Shown here piece after piece: positions 1-13,300 of a DNA stretch of 64,000 bases. A model generated the notes under the pieces. The model worked only from the letters and a program-made list of their open reading frames with translations, did not search any database and was not told the DNA's origin. The stretch is from Diadema antillarum (taxonomy: Eukaryota), in contig NW_027271434.1 of assembly GCF_040938485.1 (NCBI RefSeq), positions 1,550,001-1,614,000 of the forward strand, read 5' to 3'. Numbering within the stretch: the first letter of the stretch is position 1; every line of letters begins with the position of its first letter. A program made the position numbers and the translations under genes.

Positions 1-826
1 TTTTATATGGTTGAGTGGAATTCAAGATATCTAGAATTAACTTGTACTGTAGACAGTGTAGTCAGTACATAGATCTACATGGTTACAAAAATATAGCCAG
101 CCTAAGCGGCTGTCTGATATTTATTTACTTTGTTTTGTTTGACAATTTTGGCGTTTTCAAGAGTGGGACGTAGTTTTAATAGGCACACACAAAGGAAACC
201 GACCATGAATTTCATTTCATGATCATATTTAACGTTAGCTTTACAATTACATAGAATTTAATGCCAACATCTACTAAGACAACCAAAAAGGTCGTATTAT
301 GGGTTGGACGACATGGATTGTGTAAATTCTGACATTATTCATTTGTTGTCCAATAGCCTAATAGGGTATAAAGTTAGACAATTCTATTCTAGTAGTTAGT
401 ACCTTCTACACCAGCTACAACTGGTTCTGACATTTTTTTCCCCTTCTCTGACAAAGGTATTACAGTACATGGGTCAGCTATCACAATAGACAGAAAGATC
501 CGTCTGTCCGGTGTCCGGAGGACTCTTTTTATATTTTGCCATTAACGCTGTCCTCCGTAGACAGACGGAAGATTGCAGTACCCATTGCTGTGTGGATGTT
601 CTTAACCACTGTCTCTATGAAAAATTGGGTGAGGTACCTCACCCTTCTCGATTGCGTCTAATTCACGGCCCTAGGTCGGCAAATTTAAGCTTGTATAGTG
701 AAATTAGCTTTTTAAGAATGCATTAAACTCACCAGATTAATGAATAATCCAAAATTTTAGAAGAATTTTCAACGTAAAACACAGCCTGTCGCGTCGTCAC
801 GTTCAAACTGCAGAAACATACACTAT

Positions 827-914
827 GAATCTATTAGCCAATCACATGCGAGGTAGTTTCTACGTGTTTGTTTTACTGAAACAAGTACCTCGCATGTGAT
901 TGGCTTACAGATTC
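827..914. promoter_or_regulatory. Palindromic double CCAAT-box element, putative bidirectional promoter
   Basis: Inverted arms AGCCAATCACATGCGAGGTA / TACCTCGCATGTGATTGGCT, followed by AAAATGGCG (YY1-like); CpG-rich; divergent GTGAGT donors at 733 (-) and 988 (+). Confidence 0.45.
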
Positions 915-1079
915 AAAATGGCGACTTAGAGCTTGCGAACGGCGATGTTGCGATATCGATAAAATGTCTGCGTTATAACCGAGTTTATGTGAGTATTTCG
1001 ATTGCACAATAGAGAAATTTATCCCAAATATTACTGCATAATGTGTCATGTCATGTCAAACTTGTTTGAATGTAAAAAA

Positions 1080-1500
1080 GCTGTCTGAAATTTGGTTTAT
1101 CGTAACGTTTGATCTGTGCGCGACTGCTCCACACAGGAGCCGCAATCATTGACTTCGGTCTGTATACGGAGGGGATCCGTGAAGCCAGACGCAGTCTCCG
1201 CGGAACATTCCCCGACGGACAGATACAGACCGATCTTTCGGTCAACTATCACAAGGGCTTTTCCCTTTCTTGCTGCTTCCCCCATCAATGGCATTGTCTT
1301 TGATTGTATGCAGCAGTCAAACCGCCACATTATTTCTATACTAATTGTATTGTTGTAGATCTAATATGCTGTAACGTTAGACCTGTCCTATGAATTTTTC
1401 TCTTTTTGTATCTCATTTTGTAAATTCATGTTTGATTGTATGCGCTGTATATTTTTAATGCTTGGTGCAAAATAAACTAAACCAAAACTAAATAAAAAAA
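1080..1500 (+). mobile_element. Decayed LINE (CR1/L2-like) 3-prime end
   Basis: Degenerate RT C-terminal-like remnants, a TG-rich 3-prime UTR, AATAAA and an A-rich (CTAAA)-type tail. Confidence 0.3.
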
Positions 1501-4045
1501 GTAGAAGACCCGATCCCACGTGAAATTGAACAGCTAGTCAACATGAGGCCTGACCAGATGTGGGGTGAAGCCTGTCGTGAAACTTGTGTTACGTTTTTAG
1601 ACGTTAAATATACAGCGACAAGGTTGTGTGTAGCTGGAACTACGGCATGAAAAAGTCAAAATGGTAACTTTGTTCGTGCGGTCTACATAACTTGGATCAG
1701 TTTGGATTGGAAGACATGTCTAAAAAAAAAAAAAAAAAAAAATATCCACTGGCACTGCACTGCCCAACCAAATTATTAAATTAAGTTAGGTTAAATTTAA
1801 CGTTAGAGTAGATTTAAACTGAACTGTGGTGTATCTTCGTCTTCGAATAAACGAAATGCATGCTGGACTTTTGCTGATGTAATTCCTAAGTTGACATGAA
1901 CCATCAAACACCTTAATATGTATAACGTTAGACTCTGGACCTCTAACTAAATTTTAGCCTCCTGTGAAATATTTTAGTTTCAGTGCATTGCGCAGGAAGC
2001 AGTAGGGCCTACCAATGCAATGACCCAATGTCATAAGCGATAGTCTGCTGCATGTCTTATTGGGCTCATGAACACGATGAACACTGACGAAACTAACTCA
2101 AACTGTTGTCTAACGTTAGAGCAAGAAACAACCTCAACTGGCCTCGTACTTACCATAATAACTCCTACCACCTCCTTTAGTTGTGGTTACTTTGAAATCG
2201 CCATAACGATTGCCATAATTTGCCATTATGGCGACTTCTTCTCGATCTTTAACTCGACAAAAATCAGAACAAGCCGGCGTTCAGCACAACGAAAGGACTT
2301 GCTGGTGTTCCGTGTATATATAGTACGCGGCCGCCGCTTCGCTATGCTACGTAAATGCAGCGTAAAGAATGCTTCGCGCCCAGAGAGTGTAATGCTAGTG
2401 TATACGTATTTTGTACGTAGTGAAGCCGCCGTGCATGGAGATTGGATGGGTTCCATTCCCGTACCAAGCCACTTCGGCCTCAGTTAGCAGGGGAAAAAAA
2501 AAATCGACATTCGACCATTGCAAGTCAACATTTCGCTTCAACAGAAGTTTGGTGATGCCAGGGAGGTGTCTCCTCATCTGCATGGTGGTGCAATTAAAAG
2601 GATTGTTCCTTTTTCATTTTCCCCAGATTTTAGACCATTACTTTTATTCATCTCCATCTTTGTGTTTGCGTGTGTTTGTTGTCATCATTTATATTTCTCT
2701 CAGGAATTCGATGCGATGGTCTTAATATTTTCAACCACTCCAACTATAGATCTTGTTTTCTAAATTTCTTATAAAAATTATGTGCATGTATATATTATCA
2801 TGCTATACGCCTGTTTAATGGGAATAGGGTTCTGATATATAATTTGCTGGTTTTCACGTTCCGCTGATTTGGAATAGTAGGAGGAAAAAGAAAAAACCAC
2901 ATTATCTGGCTCCAATATGTTTTTATTATTATTGCTGTTATTTCAATGCAACTTGAATACTGAGTATTCATGAAAACAGTAGATTCGACAGACCCGTACT
3001 TCACTTTCTAACTATCCCTCCGTTACATTATTTCTGGTCCTTCTGGACAAGTAGGCCCAAATTGATTTCGTAATAAGAAAATGTCACAAATCCAATATTA
3101 TGAACAGGCCTACTTTGAAGTGACGGGCACATAAGACCCAAAACTGAAACCTGCTAGATGGGAAGATCTACTACTGAAAATTATTGCAGGTGCAATATCC
3201 GCAAGCGATATCTTATGTCCTCGGGGCCAAACACTGTTTTTTGATTGTCATTCAGTTTACAGACCACTTAAGACCCATAGCATTCACTCAAATAGGCCAA
3301 TGACCAAACCAAAAAAACTAAAACAAAACAAATAAAGAAATATATTTATACAATCTAGCAGAAACCACCGAAAAAGAAACGCATTTCCTGTCTGATATTT
3401 TGGTATATAAATGAGCTGTGAAAAATAATGGCGGCATAATTATTGTCCGTTTGTCATAAAAATGTCGACATTGTCAAAGCTTTATCCAACGTTGTTTAAG
3501 ATAACCATACCGAAATTACTATGGTCGACGCTGCCGTAGTGTTTGGCCCCAGAGAAACGTATCAGTGTACGTGTACGTATCGGCAAAGTCCAACGACCTT
3601 TGAAGATCTCCTCTTCACTGTATACTGTTAATTACATTCATCATTAATTTTTAGACCGTTTATCTATATGGGTGAAACTTCTTTCCTGCAGCTCTGATAT
3701 AGCAGAAAAGCAGACCGGTAGCTAATCGTTGGATTTTTCTTTTTCCATACAATAGCAAAGTGTTTCCTAACACCAGTGCAGTCCACGAATGTGCATGGGT
3801 AACCGAACCCCCCCCCAAAAAAAAACAAAAAACAAAACATCTAAAGTAGTACATTACTGTAAATCATTTTCATGTTTATGCCTTGAATTTCGCCATCACT
3901 TTTCTGCGTTCGCTTTGGTTTTCGTTTCGCTATAAGAGTTTTTCATGAGTTTTATATTGATCAGCCTAAACACAAGATCATATTTCTTTACTACTTTTTT
4001 TTTCAGACTTCGTATCAGGAGTGTCGTTTAGTATCCTCCTGCCTA

Positions 4046-4209
4046 CAGTGGCGGATCGGGGGTGGGGGGGGGGTGGGGGAGAGCACCGGGCGCAAGCCCC
4101 CTCGTTATTTTTTGGTAAAACAAAAGAAATAAAAAGAAAAAATGGATGCACGCCTCCTTTAGTGTTGTAAAGGCGCCTCCTCTTTACAGAATTCCTGGCT
4201 CTGCCCCTG
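4046..4209. mobile_element. Short hAT-like MITE with a 6-bp target-site duplication
   Basis: Imperfect TIR CAGTGGCGGATC vs reverse complement of the end CAGGGGCAGAGC; direct repeat TGCCTA at 4040-4045 and 4210-4215. Confidence 0.6.
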
Positions 4210-4291
4210 TGCCTATCATACATTGTCGTGGTTTTTTTTTTTCTTTTAGAAATGTATAAAGACAACAAAGTCACCGTGTAATAGTGACCAT

Positions 4292-4835
4292 CACTGCAAA
4301 ACGTTCGGTGTTACGATGAAACACTGAGCTGGTGTTAAATTTCCGGTGCTCATTCATAAAACACCTCCGGGTGTCATTTAAAGATATAGAATAGTTTGTT
4401 TGGTGGTGTGTTTTTTGTGTGAATAGTTGCTATAGTTACTATTCTTCTTGTCCATTTTGAACTTTAACAAAACGATCAAGAATTTTCCGATAAAGTACTA
4501 TTTTTTTAAAGGTGTGAACACATTAACACACCCTAACACCAGTTGGTGTGGTCTCCTATTGAAGGTGGGCGGGTGTATTTACACGCGTGTACCACTGTAG
4601 CAATATCAAATCAACACCATGCAGTGTCATTGTTGAATGAACAACATTGCAGTGTCCATCACCAGCTACAGTGTCAAAAATGAACACCACGAAGTGCCAC
4701 AGGTGAACACTTTTCAACACCGTCACAACATAATAGACTTTCTATACACCTGTGGGTGTGGTCTTCCATTGACACTTGATCGGTGTTAGATTTGATATCC
4801 ATGGTGTTAAATCTAACAACGAAGTTTTTGCAGTG
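4292..4835. mobile_element. Non-autonomous CACTA/EnSpm-like MITE
   Basis: TIR CACTGCAAAA / TTTTGCAGTG, 3-bp TSD CAT, many internal ACACC/GGTGT subrepeats; second copy at 30060-30528. Confidence 0.7.
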
Positions 4836-6534
4836 CATGATGGCTATCTTTATCATGAAGCTTAATTATGATTTTTATCATTGTGATGAAGCTTATCTCC
4901 CACCCGTTTGATTATCATAAAAGTTTAAGTGTTCTTTCCGAATTTTGTCCTATTCGCAGTTAATTCTCATTCTTGATACAATGACCATGACGCACCATGC
5001 CGTGTACGCTGCACTGAGGTTATCACTCTTTGTCAAAATAAGCTGTCAACATTGATTAGTATTCTGGCTTATTATTATGTGATATCATAAGTCGGCGTGT
5101 TGATATAAGGGATGTTAAGAATCAAGTACTATAAGTGGTTATTTTATACATCACTACACAGTCATCCTATCGCTCAGAACTGGACCCAGGACACAATAAT
5201 TAGAAGAGAATGAATAATTTGAGTCGGCGACATAGGAAAATGAAACTAAAATTAGAAGGACTTACTGTTTTATTTGCAGCAAATGTATCTTGAGACGGAC
5301 ACATTTCATATCAGTCTATACTCACAGTTGGAATAACGTGAAGGCGTGAAAGTTACCATATTTTCATCAGCAATCTTCTTGTGCATGCTTGGAAGCGTAT
5401 AGGTTATATTCTATAAAAGTCGTAACTACGAAATGCACTCTCATTTTTACACTCCTGTATAGCTTAGCTGGTATTTGATAATGCAATCAAGTTATTTGAC
5501 AAGAATCAGATGAATTGAAGCTCGTAGAAAAAATGAAAGCATTTTTTTTTTTCGTAGCTGAACGAGAACAGAATTGTTTAATATTCATCCTCCTATATAT
5601 TTATACGGCAGACATTTTCTGGTCGTTTTTCCCGATAGCATTTAGAGACATTTTCATGTGATTAACATATATTGTGCGTTTATTAATCAATTCATTTAAC
5701 ATTCAACATCCGGTCAGTATGAGTGATACCATGAAGTTAAAACCATGCATGTAGCATATTGTATCTAATACGTTTATTCGGGATCACCTTCGTCTCCAAT
5801 GAGGTTGACGCAAATTTGCTTTCGCGAGAATACTTTAAACTACACAACCCTTGTCTCTCAAACTATTATTCCATATTCCAAAGAATTGTACATGTACACT
5901 GTAAATGTACACAATCTATCTTGCTACCTTCTCACAATGAATGTTACGGTATTTCTTTTCCTCTTGGTGTAATACATCTTTGGCCATTCTCAAATGAACA
6001 GGAATAGGTATACCCGTACATTCTCATCACCATCATCACCATCAATTCATGTTCAAGTCATCATCATCATCTTTATCATTATCAGAGAATGAAGAATATT
6101 TCTCTTCTCGTCTTTTCACATTAACTCTCTCATAGCCAAGATGCTATCAATATTAATAACAAATGGACCTACAGTATACAGTTACGTTCGGGAGTCAAAA
6201 TTTTGTTATGCGTGTTACACCTGTATATGTAATCATATATTATATAATATATATAATACATAAATATACATGTAATTATATATAATACGTGTATATAATT
6301 CCAGTATCTTTCTTAGTTCATTTATAAAGTCTTTGCTATCTACAGCATACCACTCTAAAATGACTAAGCAAACGATATTATCATCATAATATTAGACTCT
6401 TTTTCGTTACCAATCCCAATATAACCTATCTTGGTTCCTCAAAGACGCTATAGCACGGCTCATCACCTTTTGTATATCTTTTGTCTGAGAATCAAATAAA
6501 ACCACAGTCGCTGTTTTACTATACGTCACCTGTT

Positions 6535-8638
6535 GATAATAATTATATAATATTGGATGGCCTTGAGATTAATACAAGGAAATATTGGACGAGCTATGCA
6601 CAAATATTGGACGAGTCGAAGACGAGTCCAATATTTTGCTTAGCGAGTCCAATATTTCCTTGTATTAATCGAAAATAGGACATTCAATATCATCATTATT
6701 ATCCTACAGAGGATTTTAGCAAGAATGTTTTCACTTAGGCCTACCCTTTCTGTCTCCGACTCCGAGTGCTGTTCCTACTGTGTAGTGATCCTGACATGGG
6801 GTATGGTACATGTACACTCTTCAGTGCAAGTTAATCCACTTCAGTCTCTGATAAAACAGTGATCTCTATGTATCCAAGGTAGCCGTCATGTTACTGTTAG
6901 ACCGAGATCTAGCTAATTTAGACCAGAATTAGATGTATTTGTATCCGAGATCTGAGAAACAATTCACGTCACATCTACCGTAGATCGTGAAAGATCGAAT
7001 TAGGCTACTACTACCACAACTAGTCCTACTGTGCTGTATATAACGTACTTGTACACACGTACGTACATGTACAGTAACTGTAATATGCATATCGCGCATG
7101 CAAATGCAAGCGCAGCTGCGGCGGCCGGCTACATTATATCGCGCGCGGGCTATCTAGCAGTAGCGCTGAGCATGCAGAGCTGCAGATCAATCGTCGCCTT
7201 GCGCCTGCATGCACACAAAAAAAAATGCAACTTGTTTTCATCAAACCTAAATTTAACTTCCTGTTATGAAAGTGATATCTTGAAAAATTGTGTGAAAAAC
7301 AATTTCAACTAATTGATATATGAAATTTGTTTGTATAAACACAGAATTTTAGAAGAAACGATATTCTAGTTAATTCGTGATTGACCAATCACAGACGTTT
7401 TTACTTCTTATTTCAGGTCATCTCGTATATATCTCAACCAATCACGGTGCAGTTTATAAAAACTTTGGGGAATCCCCCTCTTGCCGTCCAATATTTTAAA
7501 TATTGGTCGCCTCGGCAAAAAATATTGGTCGAGTTCAACAAACTTTTTAAGTGGGTTGGAGGTTATGAGGTGCGTCGACAAAATAACACTTGTATTTGGG
7601 CTCTAAAAATCCTCTGTATGGATAATAATTATATAATATTGGATGGCCTTGAGATTAATACAAGGAAATATTGGACGAGCTATGCACAAATATTGGACGA
7701 GTCGAAGACGAGTCCAATATTTTGCTTAGCGAGTCCTATATTTCCTTGTATTAATCGAAAATAGGACATCTAATATTATCATTATTATCCTACAGAGGAT
7801 TTTAGCAAAGAATATTTTCACTTACCCTTTCTGTTTCAGAGTGCTGTATGGTCTCCTACTTAGCTACTGTACTTGATCCTGACATGGGGTATGGTACACT
7901 CCTCAGTGTTAGTTAATCTACTTCATTCCCTGATAAAACAGTGATCTATGTATCCATGGTAGCAGTCATGTTACTGTTAGGCCGAGATCTAGCTAATTTA
8001 CACCAGAATTAGATGTTCTTGTATCCGAGATCTGAGACACAATTCACGCCACATCTTCCGTAGATCGTGAAAGATCGAATTACCGGTACTCGTACACTGT
8101 ACTGTAGTCCTATGGCCTATTGAACTTAGTATACACATAACGTAACATGCATGCAAATGCAAGCGGCGGTGGCCGGCTACATGTATCGCGCGCGGGCTAT
8201 CCAGCAGTAGCGCTGAGCTGATCAGTCGTCGCCTTTGTTTTCATCAAACCTAAATTTAATTTCCTGGTATGAAAGTGATATTTTGAAAAATTGTATGCAA
8301 AACAATTTCAACTAATTGATATATGAAATTTGTTTGTATTTAAAACACAGAATTTTAGAAAAAAATGATGTTTTAGTTAATTCGTGATTGACCAATCACA
8401 GACGTTTTTACTTCATATTTCAGGTCATCTCGTATATGTCTCAGCCAATCACGGTGCAGTTTATAAAAAACTGTGGGGAATCCCCCTCTTGCCGTCCAAT
8501 ATTTTAAATATTGGTCGCCTCGGCAAAAAAAATATTGGTCTAGTTCAACAAACTTTCTCAGTGGGTCTGAGGTTATGAGGTGCATCGACAAAATAACACT
8601 TGTATTTGGGCTCTAAAAATCCTCTGTATGGATAATAA
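6535..8638. mobile_element. Head-to-tail dimer (1086 bp and about 1010 bp) of a non-autonomous palindrome-rich DNA element, possibly Crypton-like
   Basis: Direct duplication 6535-7620 / 7621-8630. Each unit has a perfect 24-bp inverted repeat (6567-6590 / 6647-6670) around CGAGTCGAAGACGAG, plus inverted ends ATTATTATCCTACAGAGGATTTT / AAAATCCTCTGTATGGATAATAAT. Confidence 0.6.
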
Positions 8639-9218
8639 TATATCATTATTGGCTCATTGACTTTGTATTCGGAATGCAGAAAAAGTGTGATATTACACCA
8701 GACAGGTGCACCATATTAAATATTGCTTGCAACAACTCCACATGTAATGAAATGTCAAAAAATATTTCAGATTCTATTTTTTTAATATAGATTGATCAAC
8801 CATGATTGGTTAACCGCAAACAAACGAACAGAAGGGTTGGTAGCAAAACGGTGAATAAAAAGTTGACACCATTGCTCATACCAAAGCTGGGTAACAGCAA
8901 AAAATAGAAAAATTTACGAACATATTCATATTTTACACATACATTTATATACAATCATGCATAATAAAATAAACAACTTTTCCAGACATAAGAAAGCGTC
9001 CATGAGACCTGCCAATATAGTAATAACTGATACTAACCCTAGCGTGCAAAGTGCATTCCAGGTATTAGAATGCATTGTGTTCACATCTCAGGACCGACTG
9101 GTGGAAAGAACAGCATGTTACAGGATTCTATGTTCGTTAATTTGAGTACGCTCGGTATAGTAAAATTGCCTTTTTTTGCGAGATCATGACAACACTATTT
9201 TTAACAACCTATTCATGC

Positions 9219-9870
9219 AGAGGTTCTAGTAATGTCATCACTATCCTCCTGTTCATTTAGAGGATCTAGTAATGTCATCACTATCCGCCTGTTCATTTAG
9301 AGGTTCTAGTAATGTCGTCACTATGTATCCGCCTGTTCATGTAGAGGTTTTAGTGATGTCATCACTATCCGCCTGTTCATTTAGAGGTTCTAGTAATGTC
9401 ATCACTATCCGCCTGTTCATTTAGAGGTTCTAATAATGTCATCACTATCCGCCTGTTCATGTAGAGGTTCTAGTAATGTCATCACTATCCGCCTGTTCAT
9501 GTAGAGGTTCTAGTAATGTCATCACTATCCGCCTGTTCATTTAGAGGTTCTAATAATGTCATCACTATCCGCCTGTTCATTTAGAGGTTCTGAATAGTAA
9601 TGTCATCACTATCCGCCTGTTCATTTAGAGGTTCTAATAATGTCATCACTATCCGCCTGTTCATGTAGAGGTTCTAGTACTGTCATCACTATCCGCCTGT
9701 TCATGTAGAGGTTCTAGTACTGTCATCACTATCCGCCTGTTCATTTAGAGGTTCTAGTAATGTCATCACTACCCGCCTGTTCATTTAGAGGTTCTGAATA
9801 GTAATGTCATCACTATCCGCCTGTTCATGTAGAGGTTTTAGTGATGTCATCACTATCCGACTGTTCTTTG
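9219..9870. repeat. 40-bp minisatellite, about 16 copies
   Basis: Consensus AGAGGTTCTAGTAATGTCATCACTATCCGCCTGTTCATTT with occasional 44-bp variants. Confidence 0.95.
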
Positions 9871-10249
9871 CTTTCCATACAACGACCAGCAAAAAGGGTG
9901 GAAAAACACAAAAACTGGAAGCAAATCTGAAACCCTATTAGAGCCCGAGTGACTGACACACCGAACCGTTAAAAGAAAGTTCGCATATCAAATACTTATA
10001 GTATTCGAATGCTATGCATTTGAGACAAACAAATAAGTAACCAAACAACAAACAAACAAACAAACAAACAATGAGAAAGGAAGACACAAGCAAAAGAGGT
10101 CAAGAGTTCAGTTACAATATGGGGTATTAACTCGGACTTCCAATCTAAAACTCGGGTCTCTTAACCTGTTCCATACGAGAACCTGGTGACCTGTGTATTA
10201 AGTCTATGTGGATATCATAAGTCAGTATGGAAAGGGTTAATGTGAGTAG

Positions 10250-10390
10250 TTAGGTCCTGAGAGTGACGAAATTCTTGCACCCGTCCTTTGGCTTGGCAGT
10301 GAGTTCGTCCAGGACAGCTGTCCGCTGTGACTGGTCGAGGCGGAATTTGAACTTCTGAAGGAGTCTACCGAGGAGAACCCGAGCCTCGAT
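10250..10390 (-). CDS. CYP46A1: CYP46A1-like copy A exon 13 (IEARVLLGRLLQKF...TLRT*)
   Basis: 141 nt, tag acceptor, TAA stop. Confidence 0.92.
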   Translation of the reverse strand: MEARVLLGRLLQKFKFRLDQSQRTAVLDELTAKPKDGCKNFVTLRT

Positions 10391-13300
10391 CTACGAGTAT
10401 ACATAATTATGATAATTATTATGAAGTATACATCAAAATATAAAGTATCTACAGTATTCATAAAGCCATGACTCATCTCACAGCTCAACCTAGCCGACTG
10501 GTGGTATCAAAGCTGCTTTGAAGAAAGTTACAAAACTGCAAATATCTTTGTGAGACTATAGTATCTGACATGTCAAAAATAAAGTTTTTTTAAAGAATTC
10601 TAAAGAATTTGAGATAAATTCGTGATTCCGATCTGCTAATATACACAGTACACCATCGTTAGCTGGGGAGATGTACATGGACGGTGATAAAAACAAAATA
10701 AAACACAGCAATAATCACGATATAAGTTTCACTATGGCAGGACAATCTTCTCATTCAAAACTTTCTCATTCCCACCAATGACGGGAATAACTTCAAATAT
10801 ATGAAATGATACATATACTTATCAATGAAGAACACTCACTAGAGCGAACTGTTGACCGATGCAAGACCGTTGACCCAACGAAAATGGGAAATAGGCATAG
10901 AAATGTCGCTGCCTGGATTGGAACAATAAATGATGCTTTATTATTTCTTAATCGCAAACTACATGTATAATGCATTTTATGTTCTTTGCTCAACACAGTT
11001 GATATAAGTCTCTAAGTACACGCAAGTCGTCTTGACGTCCACAGAATGATTAAAAAAACAACATGATTTTGTGCCATGGTCCCATAAACGCTCGAAATAA
11101 TATTGAGATCATGCATAAGGTTAATAAAAAAGTAATCAAAATAATGTTAGAGATAAATTAGAGGTGAAGAAATTACCTTTGATTTAAGAAAATAAATATT
11201 AAGATATTCAAAGTCAAGGGACTTGTATAATTTTATGATAAAATTCGTCCAAAGATTAAAATAATTCTACAGTAGTGTGTACAACACACAAAAGTTATGT
11301 AGGAAAACTTGAACTCGAACGATTTGTAAGTTAAGAATCAACCGATCAAAAAGAACATGACGTGATCGTATCCATGGAAACACAGGATGAAGAGTAGAGA
11401 AGGGTAAAACTTACATGTGTCCCTCGTCGGTCGTCTTGAAGCGATCTGGATTGAAGAGCAATGGGTCTTCGAAGTATTCCTCCATTCGAGACATGGCACC
11501 TGTCATGAGCTGTTATGAATAAGAGTAAAAAAGGAAGTTATCTCTTCTAATAAATTCTGACGTTAACCTTCAAGCAACATATATAAGTTATCCCTCGTAT
11601 TGTATTCACCTTCATTATCAACCGCATTGTCGCACAAAACTTACCAATGTTGAGGTTAAAACGTTTCAATATATAATTCATGTGTACACACAAACACATA
11701 CATGTATTGTATAACATAAAAAGAAAACTGAACGAGTAGCATTTTCACATCATGACGGTGGACTTGACTTGACGGTGGACGGAAATTTTTTATTTAATGA
11801 CTACGACGCCGAAGTGTTTATTCATTTTCAATCAAGAAGACACAAACAAAATGGTGTCCAATACGTGGCAAGCTAGTGTTTATGCCCAAAGACACTTCAA
11901 TAATATATTTCTCGGTCGTCGCTGAATTCTGGGTCCTCATGGGCTTGACTTTAATCTTAAATCATTGAAACATAATACCCCATATATTATATTGCCGCAA
12001 TGTATAGTCTGGCAGATCAGAATCTATGATATTTTAAACAGGCTGCATAAAAGAGCAGCATATATGATGGCGAATTGTTCACGGGAAACCCGCACTGATG
12101 AGGTTTTTAGAAAACTTAATTGGCCCCAGTTACACCAAATTCTTCACAGGTCCTACTGTTGTTTGATGTACAAATTTGTAAATAAACTGTGTCAAGCTAT
12201 ATTTTATGAGAAATTCTCATTTGCTGACGATGTATCGACAAGAATAACCCGTAACACAGGTAAACTCCTTTTAAGACTTCCAAAGTGTCGTACAGCCTTT
12301 TATCAAAAATCTTTTGTTTATGCAGGCTCAGAAAAGTGGAATAAGCTCCCTGAACCTGCTCGCTTTATAAATAGCACAGAGTCATTTAAATACTACCTTA
12401 TAAACACACATAAAGGGGTTACTAAATCCCTGCCTCTGATCTATTGTCGAGCACCAACTTTTTGAGTATTTCATCACCTCTCTTCTCCCATCTCTTCGCT
12501 AAAGTACACGTGCTTCGGCCACAATTTTGAAAGAAAGCAAACATTATTATCCCTGTAAGGAGCAGATGGACGATGGAATGAACGGAGTCTAAAATGTGTT
12601 GAGGGCAAAACATTGCACTGACAACTAAGGGGACGCCCTGTTCATAAGACACCTTCACTTCCTTGCGGTATACAGCGGGATGAGTGGCAGTCGCCATACG
12701 CGATTTTGAATAATTTCCTTTTTATTTCTTTTCTAGATGTTTCTACGTTCATTTATTTTGTTTTATCGTATTTCCAGATATTTATGTACGTACGTTCACT
12801 TAATTTTTAATTTAAGTGTATCCTGTTTCCCGTTGTTAATTTGCCACGAACATTTATTTTCAAACGGATTGATCTCTTGTTGGTGGTGTTGTTGCTGTCG
12901 TTCATGTTGTTTTTCATGTTTAATGGATTTTAACCTAAAACAGAGCCCTGAGGAAGACCAGCAGTTAGTCTATTTTAAATCTGCATCATTGTATAATATT
13001 ATTTTATTTTATTTTAAACACTTGATGTGTGTGTCTATACATACTTTGTATTGTTTTGAAATTTGTTTGTTCATTTTATGCTGTTAATCTTTTATGCTGA
13101 TCAGGCCACTCTGTATAAAGATTTGCAATAAATAAATTTAAAAAATTCAGTATCAAATTGAAAATGTTTGTGGACGGTTGCGTTCTGCCTGGAGACAGAA
13201 CTAGAAGACACTAAATAAAGCGAGAGGGTCTTACCGAAACGGAAGTACCGGCTGGAATGGTGATTCCATTGCATTTAATGGGATGTGCCACCTTTCGCGT

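Noticed and set aside
2068-2487. 139-aa ORF; similarly the ORFs at 53388-53774, 60469-60825 and 61487-61864
   Set aside because: No recognisable domain, low-complexity composition or non-ATG starts, and no supporting splice pattern.
6481-7764. Two ORFs ending in the same peptide (DNNYIILDGLE...CINRK)
   Set aside because: They come from the tandem duplication of a palindromic repeat; there is no protein motif or splice structure.
9219-9870. Regular ~40-bp repeats suggesting a CRISPR array
   Set aside because: The units are contiguous with no unique spacers, there are no cas genes, and the context is eukaryotic.
10122-10190. tRNA-like A/B box traces on the minus strand
   Set aside because: No cloverleaf can be built; at most a decayed SINE head, too weak to call.
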